From a virus, in the IMG/VR virus record IMGVR_UViG_3300045988_055713, positions 1-25,438 of that record: a stretch of DNA of 25,438 bases. The stretch is one strand, 5' to 3'. The position numbers were made by a program, and so were the translations under genes. Below are positions 1 through 9,281 of this stretch, piece after piece (the first letter of the stretch is position 1; each line of letters begins with the position of its first letter). A model generated the notes under the pieces. The model was not told where the DNA came from and did not search any database. It was given only the letters and a program-made list of their open reading frames with translations.

Positions 1-385
1 CAACCTGTGTATTTGAAGTCTTTGTTCCAATGAAATACTTATCGCTTTCATCGTTGAAATAAATCTTAACTTGTTCACCACTTAGTAGCAAATTCATTTT
101 GTTATATGCATCTCTAAACTCTTTATTACTAGATGCATTTATCTGATATTTAACTGTGATCGTGCGCGGTTTTAAGTATTTTTCTTTCCAAATTGTTCCA
201 TCTAAGCCTTCAATTTCTTTAGCTTTAAATTCAGAACCAATCAATTCTCTACCACTCACTGTCAATGTTCTATATCCGTTTATTTCATTTTCTAAAAATT
301 TGCCATTAAAATTCATGGCTTCACTAGGTAAATTACTACCTAGTGTGCCACTTGTATCTGTTGTATCTCTAAATCCGTATAACAT
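1..385 (-). CDS. Distal tail protein (Dit-like siphovirus tail component), N-terminal part; 3' end lies beyond the window
   Basis: Not in the ORF track because there is no stop in the window. My translation from ATG 385-383 is MLYGFRDTTDTSGTLGSNLPSEAMNFNGKFLENEINGYRTLTVSGRELIGSEFKAKEIEGLDGTIWKEKYLKPRTITVKYQINASSNKEF..., open to position 1. It starts 3 nt after the tape-measure stop, which is the usual Dit position in siphoviruses. The family call is mainly positional. Confidence 0.6.
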   Translation of the reverse strand, partial: MLYGFRDTTDTSGTLGSNLPSEAMNFNGKFLENEINGYRTLTVSGRELIGSEFKAKEIEGLDGTIWKEKYLKPRTITVKYQINASSNKEFRDAYNKMNLLLSGEQVKIYFNDESDKYFIGTKTSNTQV

Positions 386-388
386 GAT

Positions 389-3300
389 TTACACAACACC
401 TACCAATCTATCTTTGAATCTAGCACTCTTGTTTAATTCTTCTTCAGTATATCTATTAGAAGCCTTTGCTAATGTTCGACCATCTAGAGTCAATGTTGAA
501 TTAAATGTAAAGCTTTGATTTGAATTAAAATCATAAGTTGTTGAATTAACATTACTTACTCCGTCCATTCTAAATCCGAAACCATCCAATGCTTGAGCGC
601 TAGGAATACTTACGATTGATTCAGTAGCTTTTCTAACCATTCGTTCAGTCTGCTCAATACCAATTGCGAATCCCTTACCGATGTAATTACCAATTAGCAT
701 AAATATACGTGAAGGAGAATGAACTTCAGCTGCTGCACGAGTAGCTTTTTCTGCTTCTTGTGCCAGTCGTGTAGCAACCGCACTAACTCTACCTAATGTG
801 CTTTCCATACCATTGGCCAATCCATTACCAATCATTTGACCGACCGAATAAGCACCACTGGAAGCCGATTTCAAAGCACTTGTAATATTTCTCGACATTG
901 AACGAGCAACACTCACAGATTGAGTTAATCCGCTCTGCAAACCAGTCTTAAATTTAGTACCTAATTGAGTACCTGCTTGACCGCCTTGATTTGCAACTTG
1001 CATTAAAGCATTGCTTAGCGCATTCAATGATGAACTAGCTACAGATGTAGCACTTGTGATTATGATTAAGCTTGATGCAAATCGAGTCATTGCACTGCTT
1101 GCACTCGTCAAAGGCCCACTGATTGATTCAATACCGCTAAACGAACCGATAACACTAGGCATTACACCTGCTAATGCGCTTAGGCTATCTGTATATCCAA
1201 CCAGCAATCCTAATCCAATTGCTAGATTCATAATCTGAGTGCCTGCATCACCGATTCCACTTGATGCAGTAGCTATTGCACCAACACCTGTTGCGACTGC
1301 TCCTAATGATGTGGCCATATCGAGCAAATTCAAACTAGTAATGATTTGGATTCCTTTTGCTAATTCCTTGAATCCTTTACCTGCATTCAATGCAGATTGA
1401 CCAATTGAATCAAACACACCTGCTAATGAATCTAAAATACCACTTACTGCATCACCAAACGATGTAATCGCATCAGATGCAGACTCGAATACTTGTGATA
1501 TTGAATCACCTAACTGTTGAACCAAATCTTTGACTGATTCCACAATTGGTTGAATGTTCTGAACCAATGCGATAAACGCATCACAAATTGATTGAATTGC
1601 ATCAGATGTAGCTTGTACCATGTCTGCAATTGCAGGAGCAAATGGAGCAATTGCTTGAACAATCTGAACGATCGCATTGGCTACTATTTGAACAACACTT
1701 TCAATAACTGGCCCAATTGCATTAATGATATTAGATATTGCATTGCCAACTGATTCAATCACTGTACCGAATGCATCACCGAACGCCTCAACTAATGGAC
1801 TTAATTGTGCGAATGCATCACAAATTGTAGGTAATACCGGAGCTAATGCAATCAATGCTTGAGTTACTGCATCAATCGTTGTTGCAATAACTTCACTAAA
1901 TGCTTTTCCAAGTGATTCTGCAATTGAACTTAAACCATTACCACTTTCGCCGATTAAAGCAATTCCGGCCGCTACCATAAATAACGCACCACCTAAGGCT
2001 AATATATTTACTGGATTAGCAACTTTAAGTATTTGAGCTAAACCTTTAAATGCACCATTCAATCCTTGTCCTAAACCTTGGAACGTAGCTTTTAATCCTT
2101 GACCTAATCCTTTTGATGCAGTACCGATTAATTGGCCAATTGATTTGATAATCGTAGCCATCTTACTTTTAGAGCCTTTAACTGCATTTGTAGCACCTTT
2201 GACTCCTTCTTCTGCATTTTTCTTGAAAATACCAAAAGGATTAAAACTCTTCAAAAAATTGAAGGCCTTAAATCCACCTACAACTCCTAGTACCGAACCA
2301 ACGATGCCACTCAGTTGAGCGCCATTTAATTTACCGATAAACTTACTGACTGCACTAATTGCTTGTGATACAAATTTGACAACTTGACCAAATGCTTGGC
2401 CAAACTTTTCAATCAATCCTGTATCTTTGAATTGACTCATCACATTTTTAATCGCACCACCAACATCACTTAGTGCTTGTTTGAACGCTTTAATCGCACC
2501 TGTATTTTCAAACGCTTTGCCAAACCTTTTAAACGTATCAATTACTTTATCAATTCCGTTCGTTAATATATTTGCGTCAAATCCATCTAAACCATCAATG
2601 ATTGCACTTAACGCTTTTATTCCTATCTGACTGAGCTTATCGTATGCAGGCATCAATTTATTTGCTAAAGTCTCTTGCAGTCCATCCATTGCTTGACCGA
2701 CTGATTTATATTCAGTGGCCATCTTAGTGAATGCTTTACTGTTACCTGCTTTTTCTACTGCATTAAAGAAATCTTCAGTCTTTACTGTTCCACTTTGGAC
2801 TGCACTTACCAATTCAGAAGTACTCATACCCATTTCACGAGCGACCGCAGCAATACCTGCAGGAGTTTGTTCCAACATTAATTTGAAGTCTTGCCAAGCA
2901 ACCATTGGCTTAGCAGCCATTTGCGTACCTTGTTGTGACAAGGTTTTCATCGCTTGTTTAGGATTTTCCGCAGCCGATGCTAAACCACCGAATCCTTTCA
3001 CCAATTGCAAACAGTTCTTAGTTCCGACTGCAGCTAACTGTGAATAAGTTTGAGACATATCAGATGCAGAATAAATCGTCTGTGTAGCATATTGTTGTAA
3101 CGCTTTCTTTGTTTTGGTGATTTCGCTACTTGACTGGCCTAACATCTGCATATTGCCTTCAAACGTTTTCCATGCAACATTGGATGCAGAAAGCTCTGAT
3201 ATAGTTCCACTAATTGCACTTGTGACTGTATGCATCGCACTAGCACCTACACTAGCAAATGCACCGAATACCGCACTGCTTTTTAATTTGCTAAGGAATG

Positions 3301-3397
3301 AATCACTTTGTTTTGTCACACTTGATAATGTTTTAGATAAGTTCTTATCATTCGCGCTCAAGGTGACATTAACTTTATAGTTTTCTCCGCTTGCCAT
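389..3397 (-). CDS. Tail tape measure protein
   Basis: 1002 aa, the largest structural ORF, directly downstream of the G/GT chaperones. Ala/Gly/Ser/Ile-rich helical low complexity with internal repeats (GLGQGLKATFQGLGQGLNGAFKGLAQ; many DA(I/F)xxx(I/V) units). ATG at 3397 overlaps the chaperone stop (TAATG). Confidence 0.9.
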   Translation of the reverse strand: MASGENYKVNVTLSANDKNLSKTLSSVTKQSDSFLSKLKSSAVFGAFASVGASAMHTVTSAISGTISELSASNVAWKTFEGNMQMLGQSSSEITKTKKALQQYATQTIYSASDMSQTYSQLAAVGTKNCLQLVKGFGGLASAAENPKQAMKTLSQQGTQMAAKPMVAWQDFKLMLEQTPAGIAAVAREMGMSTSELVSAVQSGTVKTEDFFNAVEKAGNSKAFTKMATEYKSVGQAMDGLQETLANKLMPAYDKLSQIGIKALSAIIDGLDGFDANILTNGIDKVIDTFKRFGKAFENTGAIKAFKQALSDVGGAIKNVMSQFKDTGLIEKFGQAFGQVVKFVSQAISAVSKFIGKLNGAQLSGIVGSVLGVVGGFKAFNFLKSFNPFGIFKKNAEEGVKGATNAVKGSKSKMATIIKSIGQLIGTASKGLGQGLKATFQGLGQGLNGAFKGLAQILKVANPVNILALGGALFMVAAGIALIGESGNGLSSIAESLGKAFSEVIATTIDAVTQALIALAPVLPTICDAFAQLSPLVEAFGDAFGTVIESVGNAISNIINAIGPVIESVVQIVANAIVQIVQAIAPFAPAIADMVQATSDAIQSICDAFIALVQNIQPIVESVKDLVQQLGDSISQVFESASDAITSFGDAVSGILDSLAGVFDSIGQSALNAGKGFKELAKGIQIITSLNLLDMATSLGAVATGVGAIATASSGIGDAGTQIMNLAIGLGLLVGYTDSLSALAGVMPSVIGSFSGIESISGPLTSASSAMTRFASSLIIITSATSVASSSLNALSNALMQVANQGGQAGTQLGTKFKTGLQSGLTQSVSVARSMSRNITSALKSASSGAYSVGQMIGNGLANGMESTLGRVSAVATRLAQEAEKATRAAAEVHSPSRIFMLIGNYIGKGFAIGIEQTERMVRKATESIVSIPSAQALDGFGFRMDGVSNVNSTTYDFNSNQSFTFNSTLTLDGRTLAKASNRYTEEELNKSARFKDRLVGVV

Positions 3398-3783
3398 TAT
3401 TCATCGCCTCGCTTTCTTTTTTTATATTCAATAATTTTTTCAACACGAGACTCTTCTTTTGTTTTGCTTTCGCCTTTTGGATTAAAAGACTTATCCAATT
3501 CTTTTTTTGCTTTCGTTCTGTTATAAAATTTTTCAAATGTTGAATAACGCAGATGTTGTGATTTTCCTTTACCAACTGGTGATTTAACCGCCATTTGTAA
3601 AAAAGCTCTCCAGTGCCTGTCATATTCGGCTTCTTCTTCTCTGTATAAATTAGCTTTGAGCATCAATTTATATTCGGCCAAAGTCACGCGATCCACTTGT
3701 TCAAATGTGGTAAAGTTTAAATTTTTAAAGCAAAAAAAAGCTACATCATCATAAATCTCTGCGATGTAGTCTATTTCTTTTTC
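3397..3783 (-). CDS. gpT-like extension of the tail assembly chaperone, reached by -1 frameshift from the gpG-like ORF (G-T fusion spans 3397..4169)
   Basis: The track's 99-aa ORF begins at a GTG. I checked that its frame stays open upstream (..KDEKEIDYIAEIYDDVAFFCFKNLNFTTFEQ-VDRVTLAEY..) back across the gpG stop. It is the -1 frame relative to gpG and there is no SD before the GTG. Confidence 0.7.
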   Translation of the reverse strand, partial: EKEIDYIAEIYDDVAFFCFKNLNFTTFEQVDRVTLAEYKLMLKANLYREEEAEYDRHWRAFLQMAVKSPVGKGKSQHLRYSTFEKFYNRTKAKKELDKSFNPKGESKTKEESRVEKIIEYKKRKRGDE

Positions 3784-4169
3784 GTCTTTGGTTTCGTTTC
3801 CGTTTCCGTCTGTACCTCTGCCAATGCTTCCATAATCTGATTCATTAAGTTCTTCGATGCATTGGCTTGTAATAAAAAAGCCTTTACTTCTTCAATCAAC
3901 GATTCAATATCAGTTGATTCATCTTCTAGATATTCCATTAAGGCCTTTTCTGTGATACGTGGCTTTTCTGTTTTGTTAGCAGTATATAAAATATCAAACA
4001 AATCTTCGATATGACCATCTAACATACTAGCTACCACGTATTTGAATCCGTTTGGGATTGCTACTGAAATTGAAGCCATTTCTTTATATCGAGATTGAAT
4101 CTCTTTCATGAATCCGATACCGAATCTAAATTCATATGTTGTTCCGTTAATTTCTAATTGCATATTCAT
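3771..4169 (-). CDS. Tail assembly chaperone (gpG-like)
   Basis: 132 aa, acidic, located between the major tail protein and the TMP. SD is AAGGAG, 9 nt before ATG 4169. The Lys-rich C-terminus carries the slippery site. Confidence 0.8.
   Translation of the reverse strand: MNMQLEINGTTYEFRFGIGFMKEIQSRYKEMASISVAIPNGFKYVVASMLDGHIEDLFDILYTANKTEKPRITEKALMEYLEDESTDIESLIEEVKAFLLQANASKNLMNQIMEALAEVQTETETKPKTKKK
3777..3783 (-). promoter_or_regulatory. Candidate -1 programmed ribosomal frameshift slippery site, G AAA AAG
   Basis: The minus strand reads ACG AAA AAG AAA TAG at the end of gpG. AAA AAG is the dnaX-type slippery pair. It lies 2 codons before the stop, and a -1 shift enters the open gpT frame. 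Confidence 0.65.
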
Positions 4170-4220
4170 AAGTTAAGTCTCCTTTTTTTGTCTCTTTTCG
4201 TTTTTTTGTTTATGCGCATA

Positions 4221-4247
4221 AATAAAAAAGGGAGAACTAAATCTCCC
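4221..4247 (-). terminator. Rho-independent terminator after the major tail gene
   Basis: Minus-strand RNA: GGGAGA-UUUAGU-UCUCCC followed by UUUUUUAUU, 16 nt after the major tail stop. It is probably a partial terminator that sets major-tail versus downstream gene stoichiometry. Confidence 0.7.
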
Positions 4248-4262
4248 TATAGTTTTTGAAAA

Positions 4263-4763
4263 CTATTCTGTTTGAGCAGTTGTATCAGTGAATGTATACA
4301 ACGCTTCATCTAGCATTTCAGTAGGAACAGTTACATCTCCTTCTGCTCCTTTTCCTTCGATTCCGAATGTTAATGACATTTCTACCCAGTCGTCCGAAGG
4401 TGAGCTTTTTTCTGACTCTGTAATGTATGCTTGATAATAAGTTCCTTTATATTTACCACTAGTTGTCCCTGGCTCTGCTAAATTAATTTCCCATACTTCA
4501 ACTTTCTCATTATTTAATTGAGCTTTCTTTAATAAATCAATCATTTTATCGCCAACTGCTAATACTGATGTAGAAGTGATTTCAATTTCTGGTTGGCTTG
4601 GTGAACGCAATGTACCATCTTTCGTCTGAGTTGTATCTGCATCGGTTGATACAGTATTACCATTTTCTTTTACAAAAGCTAAACGTAAAGCTGCACTTTT
4701 TTTAGCTTCTGCATTCAATGGTCTATACATATAAATGATTTTACTTCCATGTACACTTTCCAT
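4263..4763 (-). CDS. Major tail protein (phi13-like family)
   Basis: 166 aa. Strong SD (AAGGAGG) before ATG 4763. Position is upstream of the chaperones. The N-terminal pattern GSKIIYMYRP...LAFVKENGNTVSTDADTTQTKDG is typical of Firmicute siphovirus major tail proteins. Confidence 0.8.
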   Translation of the reverse strand: MESVHGSKIIYMYRPLNAEAKKSAALRLAFVKENGNTVSTDADTTQTKDGTLRSPSQPEIEITSTSVLAVGDKMIDLLKKAQLNNEKVEVWEINLAEPGTTSGKYKGTYYQAYITESEKSSPSDDWVEMSLTFGIEGKGAEGDVTVPTEMLDEALYTFTDTTAQTE

Positions 4764-4781
4764 GTTTTATGTCCTCCTTAA

Positions 4782-5156
4782 TTAAATGTATTTAAAATTC
4801 AAAGTGATTACTCCGTGTAAGTACGTTGTGCTTGTTGAATTATCGACTAATATTCTTCTTCCATCACATAAGCACATAATCGAATGTCCTTCGATTTTTA
4901 GTTGCTTTGCAATTCGCAAAATATCGTCCATAATGTTTGTTACTTCTTTTCGTTTATCTAAACGATAGTGCCATACATGAACATCTAAATTAAAATATCC
5001 ATTTTCGCAGTCTTTAAATTGGCTCGGATTGTCATAAATTGAATACATCTGAATATATGGACAATTCGCATCATCAGGTGCTTGATCTAAATAATATGTG
5101 TCATATTTTTTATCCAATTCTTGTCCTAATAATTCATAAATTGATTCACTTATCAT
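4782..5156 (-). CDS. Tail terminator / tail completion protein (positional call)
   Basis: 124 aa. ATGA overlap with the upstream gp10-like gene. It sits immediately upstream of the major tail gene, which is the canonical position. Confidence 0.5.
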   Translation of the reverse strand: MISESIYELLGQELDKKYDTYYLDQAPDDANCPYIQMYSIYDNPSQFKDCENGYFNLDVHVWHYRLDKRKEVTNIMDDILRIAKQLKIEGHSIMCLCDGRRILVDNSTSTTYLHGVITLNFKYI

Positions 5157-5515
5157 TTTGTTTCCACCAACTTTTTACATTCTTCAATAAGAACTTTCTT
5201 TCCTAATGATTGAGCAGGCCTCATAAACGGTTGTGCATCACCATGTTTTTTTGTTCCGAACTCAACGTATTGAGCGTATTCAACACCTTTTTTATTTTTG
5301 GCTAGAGCCTCAATAAATATGGTCTTACCACCACTTGCAAATCTATGTTGAATACTATCGCGCAAATCACCACTATCTTTTGGTACTAAATTCTTTGCGG
5401 TTTGTTCGGCTTTTTCACCTGCTTTAGCAACTGCCGATGCTACCTTTTCAACTGCAACTTTCTTTTTTGTTAAGGCTTTTTTCATCTCTGCCAATCCTTC
5501 AATTTGTACTCTCAT
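5153..5515 (-). CDS. HK97 gp10-like neck/tail component
   Basis: 120 aa with NLVPKDSGDLRDSI ... YAQYVEFGT, the characteristic HK97-gp10 family pattern. Confidence 0.75.
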   Translation of the reverse strand: MRVQIEGLAEMKKALTKKKVAVEKVASAVAKAGEKAEQTAKNLVPKDSGDLRDSIQHRFASGGKTIFIEALAKNKKGVEYAQYVEFGTKKHGDAQPFMRPAQSLGKKVLIEECKKLVETK

Positions 5516-5882
5516 TCAATCTCCTATCATCAAACTTTGTTTTGACTTTTTCTAAAGATAACTGAAGGCACATAGGCTTTGAGTCAAGTAACTCTTGGCA
5601 TTGAACTACCTTATAAATGCTCGGTTGATTAGGTTCTCTAAAGAATCCACACTCAACATAATCTGCATCTTGTAATCCTGATTCAAAAGGAACAACCACA
5701 ACTTTCGATATTTTTATATCGTTGTTGTACGCTCTGAAAAAGCGATTGTATCCTACTGTCTTTTGACCAAACGGAACGTAGCTTGATAAATCTTTCAAGA
5801 TACCACCATTTCGGATTGATACAGATTTCAAGATTCCATCATTGAAAGTTGTATTACCTTGTGACTGCTTCTTGACTAACAT
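5499..5882 (-). CDS. Head closure / head-tail adaptor protein
   Basis: 127 aa. ATG at 5882. Lies between the gp6-like connector and the gp10-like gene and overlaps both neighbours. Confidence 0.6.
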   Translation of the reverse strand: MLVKKQSQGNTTFNDGILKSVSIRNGGILKDLSSYVPFGQKTVGYNRFFRAYNNDIKISKVVVVPFESGLQDADYVECGFFREPNQPSIYKVVQCQELLDSKPMCLQLSLEKVKTKFDDRRLNESTN

Positions 5883-6150
5883 CGCTTGCCCTTCCTAAAT
5901 CACTAAAGAGAAGAATCTCATCTTTGTAATTAACTTTAAAATCATCAGTTGCATTTGATAAAGCGTATAGCACGTAATTCTTTAATAAACTTCTTGCAAA
6001 TTCATCACTTTGAAAATCTGCAGAAGGACTATACTTCTTTAGATAAGCTAATCCCTCTGCGATTAAATGTTTTAGTTTTTCATTTGTGGAATCATCGCAC
6101 CACTTGTAGCCTAAATCAACTTTGATTAGGTTTAATAAATATTCATCCAT
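5854..6150 (-). CDS. Head-tail connector protein (gp6-like)
   Basis: 98 aa, directly after the capsid gene. N-terminus LIKVDLGY...DDSTNEKLKHLIAEGLAYL resembles gp6-type DNA-packaging connector proteins. Confidence 0.65.
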   Translation of the reverse strand: MDEYLLNLIKVDLGYKWCDDSTNEKLKHLIAEGLAYLKKYSPSADFQSDEFARSLLKNYVLYALSNATDDFKVNYKDEILLFSDLGRASDVSQEAVTR

Positions 6151-6172
6151 TTAGATTCCACCTTTCTATAAA

Positions 6173-7366
6173 TTAAGCAGCAGCTTTTGTATTAACTTGA
6201 CCTTCTACTGTAGTAGTTGACTCAACTTTGAATGCTAACTCTTTCAATCCAGTAATATCTAATACTTGGAATGCGTTGTTATCCTTTGGTTGTCCATTAC
6301 CATACAATTTAATCTTGTATGTTCTGTTATCATCCAAGAATGCGAACTCATCAGATGTTTCTAATTTACCTGCTTGAGCAGTACCGATACCCATCATATA
6401 TTTTTTATCAATACCCATGATAGCTTTACCAGTTGGACAATATACTGATTGGATGATATCAATTGGATATGGTGATTTATCTACCCAGTCACCTGCAGGT
6501 GTCTGAATACAAATTGCAGGTTTAACTAATCCATAATAATCATCAGGACTTACGACCATGAATAATCCTGTAACCTTACGAGCTTTTCCGTTACGACCTT
6601 TTGCCATAGCTTTGATTACATCTGCCAATCCTTTTGGTGTCCAATTAACTACTTTTTTAGCAGTCTTAGCAGTGTAAGTTGTTTTACCACTATTTGTTGT
6701 ACCTTTAGATAAATCGGCCATCATACCGATAGGACCTTTGTCAGATACCAAGTTGTTCAACGCTGCATCTTCAATACCATTTGATAATGCATCATATAAC
6801 AATGTACGAACAAATCTATCTAAATAAACTGGCCCTAAATCTAACATTGATTCAGGAATAGGAACATAAGCACTTACTTTTAATTGGTAAATATCCATTT
6901 CTTCGAATGAACCAGAGATTTCTGTAGCGATCTTATCTGTCAATTTACCCCATGTCGCTTTGTTATCACCTGCTACGCCAAATAATAATTTAACTTTTGC
7001 AGATGCAACTTGAATATCTAATTTAGATAACAATGGATGTTCATTTTCGATTTCTGAGAAAATATCTTCGATAACTGTTTCAGGTAATACAGTGTCGATG
7101 CTGTCAATTGACTGACGGAAATTGTCAGAACGCATTGCATCAATAACTTTGTTATAGAATGCTTTTTCAACAGAAGTTAACTGACGAGCCCCGCGTGCTT
7201 TTAAGATGTTTGAATCATCAACACGTAATGCTTCTTGTAAAATCTGTTCTGCTTTTGAATCCGTTTGATTCTCAATTAAATTGCTCAACGCTTCGAACAA
7301 ACCATCTGAGTTTTTGTCGTTAATGGCTTGCTTTAAAGTTTCTAATAGTTCTTCTTTAGTTTTCAT
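6173..7366 (-). CDS. Major capsid protein, HK97 fold, with N-terminal delta (scaffold-like) domain
   Basis: 397 aa. SD is AGGAGG. Follows the ClpP-like protease. The helical N-terminal ~100 aa are followed by a capsid-like body, and no separate scaffold gene is present. Confidence 0.85.
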   Translation of the reverse strand: MKTKEELLETLKQAINDKNSDGLFEALSNLIENQTDSKAEQILQEALRVDDSNILKARGARQLTSVEKAFYNKVIDAMRSDNFRQSIDSIDTVLPETVIEDIFSEIENEHPLLSKLDIQVASAKVKLLFGVAGDNKATWGKLTDKIATEISGSFEEMDIYQLKVSAYVPIPESMLDLGPVYLDRFVRTLLYDALSNGIEDAALNNLVSDKGPIGMMADLSKGTTNSGKTTYTAKTAKKVVNWTPKGLADVIKAMAKGRNGKARKVTGLFMVVSPDDYYGLVKPAICIQTPAGDWVDKSPYPIDIIQSVYCPTGKAIMGIDKKYMMGIGTAQAGKLETSDEFAFLDDNRTYKIKLYGNGQPKDNNAFQVLDITGLKELAFKVESTTTVEGQVNTKAAA

Positions 7367-7390
7367 TAATTTATCCTCCTAATTTTTGCA

Positions 7391-8080
7391 TTAAAAAAAC
7401 CAACCATTTTCCTTATCAAAAGGTTCAACAGTTGGTGATTTTTCAAAAGGCTCATCGTCCTTTTCTTTATCGGCTTTACCTTCTTCTTTTTTAGAAGTAT
7501 CTACACCGATAATTTCATCGCATAATCCTAAGTCAAAACATTCTTGAGCGGTTAGGTAACTTTCATTATCTAATAACTCATTAAGTTTTTCTTCTGTAAG
7601 CTTGTCTTTTGCTTTGCTTAAATATGCAATTCTTGACGAATCCATAATCTTGTCCATTTGGTCTGCTAACTTTCTAAAATCATTAGCATTACCACAACCA
7701 TAAGTCCAACAGTTATGAATCATCATTTGTGATGTTGGATACATTTTAACAGTATCACCACACATCGCAATTACACTCGCAATTGATGCAGCTAAACCAT
7801 CAATGATTACATTTACAGTTTTGTCAGAGCCTTTCAAAATGTTATGAATTGTGATTCCTTCAAATACCAATCCACCATTTGAATTAATGTGTAAATTAAC
7901 TGTATCTACATCTTGATTTTCCTTTAAAAACTGAGTGATTGATTCGGCACTGATGCCTGATGTCTTTCCAGTCCACCAGTCTGTAGACTCACCAATTTCA
8001 TCGTACAATTCAAGGTCTGCTTCATTTGGCTTAGCTTCATTAACTTGCATTCGCATTTGCATTACCTTCATCTTGGGCAT
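7391..8080 (-). CDS. Prohead serine protease (ClpP/S14 family)
   Basis: Motifs INSNGGLVFEG, GLAASIASVIAMCGD and MIHN. I moved the start to ATG 8080 (MPKMKVMQ..), which has AAAGGAGG 8 nt upstream. The track's longer N-terminus lies inside the portal gene. Confidence 0.85.
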   Translation of the reverse strand: MPKMKVMQMRMQVNEAKPNEADLELYDEIGESTDWWTGKTSGISAESITQFLKENQDVDTVNLHINSNGGLVFEGITIHNILKGSDKTVNVIIDGLAASIASVIAMCGDTVKMYPTSQMMIHNCWTYGCGNANDFRKLADQMDKIMDSSRIAYLSKAKDKLTEEKLNELLDNESYLTAQECFDLGLCDEIIGVDTSKKEEGKADKEKDDEPFEKSPTVEPFDKENGWFF

Positions 8081-9257
8081 TTGTTTTTCCTCCTTTCTCA
8101 CTCGTTGATTGACTGGTTGAGTCGATACCACTGTAATTCTTAGTGATGTAATGCTCGTTCGCCCATTCTTCGTCAATCTCTTCCTCACCTAAAATGCGTA
8201 AGATGTTATTGATTGAATAAACACCACTACTAATTAATTTGTCGACTGAGTTAGCCATATCTAAAGCATCAATATGTTTGATTGCTTGAGTGTTGATTTT
8301 CATGTAAGTACCTTTTAAGTACTCATCTTCTGTGTAATGCTTTCCGTTGATTTCATCTTGAATCAATTTAACGATTGAATCTAAACAGAATGTTAGGAAG
8401 TCATCCACTGCTTTTGATGTATCTGCTACATCTCCATTACAAATATTCACTGGAATTAAAAAAGCCTTACAAGTGAGCTCTAAAGTATCATCTAATAAGG
8501 CCTTAATATCTCGAGTAGTTACTATATTTTTCTTTTCTTTTCCAAACTCTTCAAAACTCAAACCTTCGTATTCAGGTAACAAAGCATTATCTGCTTTCAT
8601 AAAAGTTTTGACTTGATTGTTTAATAAATCCTTAATCTTGTTCTCTAATTCAGAGTTTGCTTGTAAACGACCAATGTGAGCTTTCATCTTAAATCCATTT
8701 GCTCGTTTATATGAACTTAATGCAGTTTGAATCAAAGATGTTTGCAATGCTAAAGTGCCATCTAAATATTCTTTTATTTTTTTATTGCCTAACTTGAAAT
8801 GCATTACTCTTGATTGCTTGTATTCTCCATTAAGTTTCAAATCGCCGATTGTAATATCCTTGAACACGTGCTCGCCAAATACAATCGAATCGTCGACTGT
8901 GAATGAATCTGCAATGAATAACTTATCCGCTCTTTGCACAACCAATACTTCATCTTCATAGTAAAGCTTATGGATAAACTTGTTCCAAAACTCTGCACTC
9001 GATTGATTGTAGTTTGGCTTAACATTCAATAAATAATAAAAGCTATTCTTTTTTTCTTTTTTCTTTTCGTACGTTCTGAACTCGCATTTCGATATAGCTT
9101 TTGCAATTCGTTGTACACAAATCTCAAAGGCCAATTGTCGAGCGGTCAAAGATGCAAACTGTTCTTGCTCTGCCGTAATTGTTGCGGATTGAATCCACAT
9201 ATTTTTTTCATCTGCAAAATCTTTGCCGAATCCAAATATCTTTTTTAAAAAACCCAT
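8040..9257 (-). CDS. Portal protein (HK97 family)
   Basis: About 405 aa, between TerL and the protease. ATG 9257 has AAAGGAG 8 nt upstream; the track start at 9266 is a GTG. Confidence 0.85.
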   Translation of the reverse strand: MGFLKKIFGFGKDFADEKNMWIQSATITAEQEQFASLTARQLAFEICVQRIAKAISKCEFRTYEKKKEKKNSFYYLLNVKPNYNQSSAEFWNKFIHKLYYEDEVLVVQRADKLFIADSFTVDDSIVFGEHVFKDITIGDLKLNGEYKQSRVMHFKLGNKKIKEYLDGTLALQTSLIQTALSSYKRANGFKMKAHIGRLQANSELENKIKDLLNNQVKTFMKADNALLPEYEGLSFEEFGKEKKNIVTTRDIKALLDDTLELTCKAFLIPVNICNGDVADTSKAVDDFLTFCLDSIVKLIQDEINGKHYTEDEYLKGTYMKINTQAIKHIDALDMANSVDKLISSGVYSINNILRILGEEEIDEEWANEHYITKNYSGIDSTSQSTSEKGGKTNAQDEGNANANAS

Positions 9258-9281
9258 ATTCTTCACTCCTTTCTTTTTTAT

